The notes below the pieces were generated by a model that saw only the letters and a list, made by a program, of their open reading frames with translations, had not been told where the DNA came from and made no database searches. Shown here piece by piece: positions 5,902 to 10,375 of a DNA stretch of 10,375 nucleotides. Within the stretch, counting starts at the first letter, position 1. Each line of letters starts with the position of its first letter. Position numbers and translations under genes: made by a program. Origin of the DNA: Candidatus Methylomirabilia bacterium (GTDB lineage Bacteria > Methylomirabilota > Methylomirabilia > Rokubacteriales > CSP1-6); NCBI GenBank assembly GCA_041492755.1, contig JBGPXN010000164.1, forward strand, positions 1-10,375, given 5' to 3'.

Positions 5902-7037
5902 CGCGTCGTGCGCTGTCCCCTCATGGGCAGGGGTTTCGGCTGCTCCTCGTCGGAACGGCGCTCGCCGGCGTCGCCGGCCTTGAGCCGCTCGCGGAGCTCC
6001 TCGCGCTGGACTTCGAGGTGCGGCGGCAGGTCGGCGTAGGCGTGGTCGAAGATCGCGAGCAGATCGGCCGGCGGGGTCGATTCGAAGCGCTTCACCGCCT
6101 CGGCGATCTCGGCGTCGACCTGCGCCTCCAATGCCTCGTCGAGGAGATTCTTCTTCTGGAGGTACGCGGAGAAGCGCGTGAGCGGATCCTTGCGCTCCCA
6201 CTCCGCGACTTCTTCGTTCGACCGGTACTTCGTCGGATCGTCCGCCGTCGTATGCACGCCGAGCCGATAGGTCACGCACTCGATGAGGGTCGGCCCCTCA
6301 CCCTCGCGCGCCCGCTCCACCGCCTCCTTGCTCGCGGCGTGCACGGCGAGCACGTCGTTGCCGTCCACCTGGATGCCCGGGAAGCCGTACGCGAGCGCCT
6401 TCTGGGCGATGGTGCGCGAGTGCGTCTGCTTCTTCCGCGGGACCGAGATCGCCCACTGGTTGTTCTGGCAGACGAACACGACCGGGACGTGCCACACGCC
6501 GGCGAAGTTCAGCGCCTCGTGGAAGTCGCCCTCGGACGTCGCGCCGTCGCCGAAGTAGACCATCACCACGACGTCGTCCCCGCGGTACTGCGCGGCGTAA
6601 GCGAGGCCGACGGCGTGCGGGAGCTGGGTCGCGACGGGAATGGCAATGGGCAGGTCGTGCTGGTCGGCGGCGGGCTGGCCGCCCTCGACGTATCCGGCGA
6701 AGAACAGCAGCAGCCTCTCGATCGGCCACCGCCGCCACAGCATCGCGGCGGTCTCGCGAAACGACGGCACCATCCAGTCACCCGGACGCAAGGTCGACAC
6801 GCTGCCGAGCTGCGAGGCTTCCTGTCCCTTGATGGGCGCGAAGGTGCCGATGCGCCCCTGGCGCTGCAAGCGGACCATGCGTTCGTCCAGCCGGCGGCCC
6901 AGGAGCATGCCGCGGTAGATCCGCTTCAGCTCGGCGGGGGAAATGTCGGGCTCGAGCGCCGTGTCGAGCTTGCCGTCGCTGTCCAAAACTGACAGATACT
7001 CGACCTGGAACCTGGGTTCGAGCGGCGATCTCGGCAT
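5895..7037 (-). CDS. pdhA: 2-oxoacid (pyruvate or branched-chain) dehydrogenase E1 alpha subunit, ~380 aa
   Basis: QRQGRIGTFAPIKGQEA, the TPP-binding motif GDGATSEGDFHEALNFA...CQNNQWAIS, and YRLGVHTTADDPTKYR. The likely start is ATG 7037 (MPRSPLEPRFQVEYLSVLDSDG); the ORF-track extension to 7766 is antisense to the TPR gene. Confidence 0.94.
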   Translation of the reverse strand: MPRSPLEPRFQVEYLSVLDSDGKLDTALEPDISPAELKRIYRGMLLGRRLDERMVRLQRQGRIGTFAPIKGQEASQLGSVSTLRPGDWMVPSFRETAAMLWRRWPIERLLLFFAGYVEGGQPAADQHDLPIAIPVATQLPHAVGLAYAAQYRGDDVVVMVYFGDGATSEGDFHEALNFAGVWHVPVVFVCQNNQWAISVPRKKQTHSRTIAQKALAYGFPGIQVDGNDVLAVHAASKEAVERAREGEGPTLIECVTYRLGVHTTADDPTKYRSNEEVAEWERKDPLTRFSAYLQKKNLLDEALEAQVDAEIAEAVKRFESTPPADLLAIFDHAYADLPPHLEVQREELRERLKAGDAGERRSDEEQPKPLPMRGQRTTRR

Positions 7038-7056
7038 AGCGGCGACCGGCGTCTCT

Positions 7057-7062
7057 ATCTTA
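7057..7062 (-). promoter_or_regulatory. Possible -10 element (TAAGAT) of the pdh operon promoter
   Basis: TAAGAT on the minus strand, 19 nt upstream of the pdhA ATG, in an AT-richer patch. No convincing -35 or SD was found. Confidence 0.3.
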
Positions 7063-7280
7063 CACTCGCGCACGATCGAACCTGTCTCGATCCGGAAGAA
7101 GCGCGAAGGGACCAGCGATCGCGACGCCGTGGAGGACGTCGACAGTCGCGTCCCGGCGGGTCGGCGGATAGGGCAAGGGAGCCACGTGAAAGCTCCGACG
7201 GTCAGTGTGCCAGAATACGTCTCGGTGAGGCGGTCCCGCGGCCGCCACGCCGGGAGAGCCGGACGATGCGTTCGAGGCGG

Positions 7281-7343
7281 GGAACGTCCTGATCGACGGC
7301 TGAGTTGCGCGCGACGCGGAACTTCCGGCTCGATGGGTGAGTT
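7281..7343 (+). promoter_or_regulatory. Tandem direct repeat forming two GGAAC-N18-GTT ECF-type promoter motifs upstream of the TPR gene
   Basis: 7281-7306 GGAACgtcctgatcgacggctgaGTT and 7318-7343 GGAACttccggctcgatgggtgaGTT are 21/26 identical with a 37-nt period. The second copy ends 21 nt before the ATG at 7365, with an AGGAGG RBS at 7354-7359. Confidence 0.6.
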
Positions 7344-7364
7344 AGCGCCCGCAAGGAGGCCGTC

Positions 7365-7883
7365 ATGACGACACGGGGGCTTTGGACTGTTCGATGGCTG
7401 CTCGCCATCCTTGCGCTGAGCACGATGCTCGTTGGTGATCCCACCGCCGCCACCGCCGCCGCCACGCCGGGCCCGAGCAGCCCGGCCAAGGCCGAGGATC
7501 CGGACTACACGGCGGGCGTCAAGGCCATCAAGGCCGAGAACTTCGCCGCGGCCATTCCGCTGCTCGAGCGCGTCGTGGCGCAGGACGCCAACAACGCCGA
7601 CGCCTACAACAACCTCGCGTATGCCATCCGGCGCAATGGTGATCCGGCCCGCTCGATCCCCATCTACCAGAAGGCGCTGGCCATCGATCCCAAGCACCGG
7701 GGCGCGCACGAGTACATCGGCGAGGCGTACCTGGCCCTCGACAACGTGCCGAAAGCCAAGGAGCACCTCACGCGGCTCGATTCGCTCTGCTTCCTGCCCT
7801 GTGCCGAGTACCGCGACCTCAAGAAGGCCGTCGAGGCTTACGAGAAGAGCGGCGGCAAGACGAAGCCGGCCGCAGCGCGGTAG
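7365..7883 (+). CDS. Secreted or periplasmic tetratricopeptide-repeat protein with a C-terminal CxxxC
   Basis: Signal peptide and Ala/Pro/Thr linker. TPR-like helices (AIPLLERVVAQDANNADAYNNLAY..; YQKALAIDPKHRGAHEYIGEAYL) end in CFLPCAEYRDLKKAV. AGGAGG RBS and strong GC3 codon bias. Confidence 0.88.
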   Translation: MTTRGLWTVRWLLAILALSTMLVGDPTAATAAATPGPSSPAKAEDPDYTAGVKAIKAENFAAAIPLLERVVAQDANNADAYNNLAYAIRRNGDPARSIPIYQKALAIDPKHRGAHEYIGEAYLALDNVPKAKEHLTRLDSLCFLPCAEYRDLKKAVEAYEKSGGKTKPAAAR

Positions 7884-7910
7884 TCGTGGGGGCTGATTGC
7901 CGCCGTTCCA

Positions 7911-9056
7911 TCAGCGTCGATCGCGGAAGAACGCGCGGATCTCGGCGACCAGCGCCTCCGGCTCCTCCAGCGCCGCGAAATGGCCGCCCGCCGGCATCGT
8001 CGTCCAGCGCTGGATGTTGAACTGGCGCTCCGCGCGCGCGCGGGTCGGGCGCACGATCTCGCGCGGGAACGCGGCGTAACCGGTGGGCACGTCGATGCGC
8101 CCGTCGGGCAGCGGCCAGCGCGTGTGCAGCCGATCGTAGTACGGCCAGAACGACGAGCCGATGGCGCCGGTCGCCCAGTAGATCGTGATGTTGGTCAGCA
8201 GATCGTCCTTGCTGAAGCGCCGCTCCACGTCGCCGCCGCAGTCGCTCCAGCTCCGGAACTTCTCCACGATCCAGGCCGCCAACCCCACCGGTGAATCGGT
8301 GAGCCCGTACGCGAGCGTCTGCGGCTTGGTGCCCTGGATCGCCTGATATCCCGTCTCTTCGGCGATCCAGTGCTGAAGGTCACGCAGGTACGCGGCGTCT
8401 TCGGGATCCGACTCGACGGTGGCGCGCGCGTCGCGGCGAAGCGGCAGGAGATTGAGATGGATCCCGGCCAGCCGGTCGGCGTACCGGGCGGCCAGACATG
8501 CGGTGATGAACGAGCCCCAGTCGCCTCCCTGCGCGGCGAACCGCCGGTATCCGAGCACGTCGGTCATGAGCGCGGCGAAGAGATCGACGATGGCGGCGAT
8601 GCCGAAGCGCGGCTGATGCGGGCGAAAGGAGAATCCGTAGCCCGGCAGCGACGGCGCGACCACGGTGAACGCGTCGGCGGGATCGCCGCCGAAGCGCGCG
8701 GGATCGGTCAGCATCGGGATGACCTTGTGGAACTCCCAGACGGAGCCCGGCCAGCCGTGAGAGAGCAGCAGCGGCAACGGCCGCGGCCCCACACCCGGCT
8801 CGTGGATGAAGTGCAGGTCGATGCCGCCGAGCGGGACCGTGAAGTGCGTGAAGGCGTTGAGCGCGGCCTCGTGCGTGCGCCAGTCGTAGCCGTCGCGCCA
8901 GTACGCGACGAGCGACTCGAGATACGCGCGGTCGGTGCCGTAGTGCCAGCCCGAGCCCGGGACGTCGTCCGGCCACCGCGCCCGCGCCAGCCGAGCGCGG
9001 AGATCCGCGAGCACGTCGTCGCCGACGGCGACGGTGTACGGGCGGGGCGCCGTCAT
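7911..9056 (-). CDS. Epoxide hydrolase (EHN N-terminal domain plus alpha/beta hydrolase; microsomal-EH-like)
   Basis: EHN-type N-terminus (DLRARLARARWP..YWRDGYDWR..E..LN), oxyanion HGWPGS, PSLPGYGFS, nucleophile QGGDWGS and catalytic GGHFAALEEP. ATGA overlap with the upstream ligase. Confidence 0.93.
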   Translation of the reverse strand: MTAPRPYTVAVGDDVLADLRARLARARWPDDVPGSGWHYGTDRAYLESLVAYWRDGYDWRTHEAALNAFTHFTVPLGGIDLHFIHEPGVGPRPLPLLLSHGWPGSVWEFHKVIPMLTDPARFGGDPADAFTVVAPSLPGYGFSFRPHQPRFGIAAIVDLFAALMTDVLGYRRFAAQGGDWGSFITACLAARYADRLAGIHLNLLPLRRDARATVESDPEDAAYLRDLQHWIAEETGYQAIQGTKPQTLAYGLTDSPVGLAAWIVEKFRSWSDCGGDVERRFSKDDLLTNITIYWATGAIGSSFWPYYDRLHTRWPLPDGRIDVPTGYAAFPREIVRPTRARAERQFNIQRWTTMPAGGHFAALEEPEALVAEIRAFFRDRR

Positions 9057-10375
9057 TTCTTCGCGAGCTCTTGCTCTTTGAGGACGCGACGCAGGATCTT
9101 GCCCGACGGCGTCTTGGGAATGGCCTGGACGAACTCGATCTCGTGCAGCGTCTTGTACGAAGCGAGACGGCCGCGCGCGAAGTCGAGCAGCTCGTTCACG
9201 GTCACTCCACTCCGGGCCGGGACGACGAAGGCCTTCGGGACTTCACCCGCTTCCGGATCGGGCTTGCCGATGACGGCCACGTCGGCCACGCCGGGATGCT
9301 CGAGCAGCAGGGCCTCGATCTCGGCGGGCGCGATGCCGAAGCCCTTGTACTTGATCATCTCCTTCTTGCGGTCCTGGATGAACGCGTAGCCGTGCTCGTC
9401 CACCCAGCCGATGTCGCCCGTGAGCAGCCAGCCGTCGCGGATGCACGCGGCGGTCGCCTCCGGCGCCTTCCAGTACCCCTGCATCACCTGCGGCCCGCGG
9501 ACGCAGATCTCCCCGACCTCGCCCGGACCGAGCACGCGGTCGCCCGTCTCCACGTCCACGACTTTCTGCTCGGTGTCGTGCGCGGGCAGCCCGCACGAAT
9601 CGAGCACGTTCAAGGCGACGTCGTACGTGGGGTTCAGGTGGGTGAGCGGCGCGGCTTCGGTGAGCCCGTAGCCCTGGACCACCGGAATGCCGGTGAGCTC
9701 GGAGAAGCGGCGGGACAGCTCGGGCGCGACCGGGGCGGCGCCGACCATGATGAGCCGCACGCTACTGACGTCGTAGCGCCCGAGATCGGGCCACTGCGAG
9801 AGCGCGAGCAGCACCGGTGGCACCGCGAAGAACAGCGTCACGCGGTGCTGCGCGACCAGGCGCATGCATTCGGTGGGCTCGAACCGGTCCATCATGACCA
9901 GGGTGGCGCCGGTGCAGACGGCCGAGCCCATGAGCATCGCCCCGTAGATGTGATAGAGCGGCAGGAACAGCATGAGCCGGTCGCTCTCGCGCAATCGAAT
10001 GGTCGCGACGAACTGGAGATTGTTGACCACGAGGTTGCGGTGGGTGAGCATGACGCCCTTGGGAAGCCCGGTGGTGCCGCTCGAATAGGGAAGGGCCACG
10101 AGATCGTCGTCGGTCACGCCGGCGGTGGGCGGCGGCGTCGCGGGCTCGGACGCGATGAGATCCGCGAAACGCCGGCCGCGGGCGCCGGCCGGCAGCGCGC
10201 CGGGGCCGACGACGATGACGTGCCGCACGCCGGGTATCCGGTCACGCACGGCCTCCACCAGCGGCAGCAGGCTGTGGTGCACGATGACGGCCACGGCGTC
10301 GGCGTCCGCGACCTGGTAGGTGACCTCGCGCTCGCGGTAGGACGGGTTCATGGGGCTCGCCACCGCCCCCACCCG
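9053..10375 (-). CDS. AMP-dependent acyl-CoA synthetase (4-coumarate-CoA ligase-like or long-chain fatty-acid-CoA ligase), 5' end outside the window
   Basis: YSSGTTGLPKG (A3), GYGLTE (A5), GEICVRGPQVMQGY, TGD, DRKKEMIKYKG and PKTPSGKILRR (A10). The frame is open to the window edge, so GTG 10372 is probably not the true start. Confidence 0.93.
   Translation of the reverse strand, partial: RVGAVASPMNPSYREREVTYQVADADAVAVIVHHSLLPLVEAVRDRIPGVRHVIVVGPGALPAGARGRRFADLIASEPATPPPTAGVTDDDLVALPYSSGTTGLPKGVMLTHRNLVVNNLQFVATIRLRESDRLMLFLPLYHIYGAMLMGSAVCTGATLVMMDRFEPTECMRLVAQHRVTLFFAVPPVLLALSQWPDLGRYDVSSVRLIMVGAAPVAPELSRRFSELTGIPVVQGYGLTEAAPLTHLNPTYDVALNVLDSCGLPAHDTEQKVVDVETGDRVLGPGEVGEICVRGPQVMQGYWKAPEATAACIRDGWLLTGDIGWVDEHGYAFIQDRKKEMIKYKGFGIAPAEIEALLLEHPGVADVAVIGKPDPEAGEVPKAFVVPARSGVTVNELLDFARGRLASYKTLHEIEFVQAIPKTPSGKILRRVLKEQELAKK

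Noticed and set aside
1890..6992. Long plus-strand ORFs (1890-3323, 3517-4989, 3926-5983, 5670-6992), and similarly 498-1739 and 8370-9389
   Set aside because: These are antisense shadows of real minus-strand genes, expected in high-GC DNA. They have no motifs and are Arg/Ala/Ser-rich.
7170..7230. GGGCAAG-GGAGC-cacgtgaaa-GCTCC-GACG, superficially like the first hairpin of a c-di-GMP-I (GEMM) riboswitch
   Set aside because: It lacks the GGCAAA and GACGCAAAG consensus, a proper GNRA tetraloop and the second stem with its receptor. An Infernal search with the Rfam c-di-GMP-I model would settle it.
7281..7343. Direct repeats as a possible mini-CRISPR array
   Set aside because: There are only two degenerate copies with an 11-nt gap and no cas genes. 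A promoter duplication explains them better.
7186..7368. 60-aa plus-strand uORF (GTG after GGAG) ending in an ATGA overlap with the TPR gene
   Set aside because: It is Arg-rich, lacks GC3 bias and runs across the predicted promoter motifs, so it is probably coincidental.
7038..7766. 243-aa N-terminal extension of E1-alpha in the ORF track (623 aa)
   Set aside because: It is low-complexity, antisense to the well-supported TPR gene and crosses the promoter region. E1-alpha similarity begins only near ATG 7037.
7884..7910. Bidirectional terminator between the convergent TPR and epoxide hydrolase genes
   Set aside because: No convincing stem-loop or U-tract is visible in the 27-nt gap.

Overview
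This is a GC-rich (about 70%, by eye) bacterial window with most genes on the minus strand. Its core is a complete four-gene 2-oxoacid dehydrogenase operon (E1-alpha, E1-beta, E2, E3; PDH/BCKDH type). Downstream on the same strand are a periplasmic Spy/CpxP (LTXXQ) family gene and then an apparently separate unit. That unit contains a prokaryotic pentameric ligand-gated ion channel (pLGIC), a small hypothetical gene and the 5' end of pyroglutamyl-peptidase I (pcp), which the ORF track misses. Divergent from the dehydrogenase operon is a secreted TPR protein preceded by a tandemly duplicated ECF-sigma-like promoter motif. It converges on an acyl-CoA ligase (4CL-like, truncated by the window edge) and epoxide hydrolase pair. 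The most interesting item is the pLGIC, whose M1-M2 linker and M2 look like those of animal anion-selective GlyR/GABA-rho receptors rather than the cation-selective GLIC/ELIC. Two related REP-like hairpins, an ECF-like promoter inside the last codons of lpdA and an unexplained exact 17-bp repeat are also present. No mobile element, CRISPR array, tRNA or rRNA was seen. All calls come from reading motifs by eye; no searches were run.
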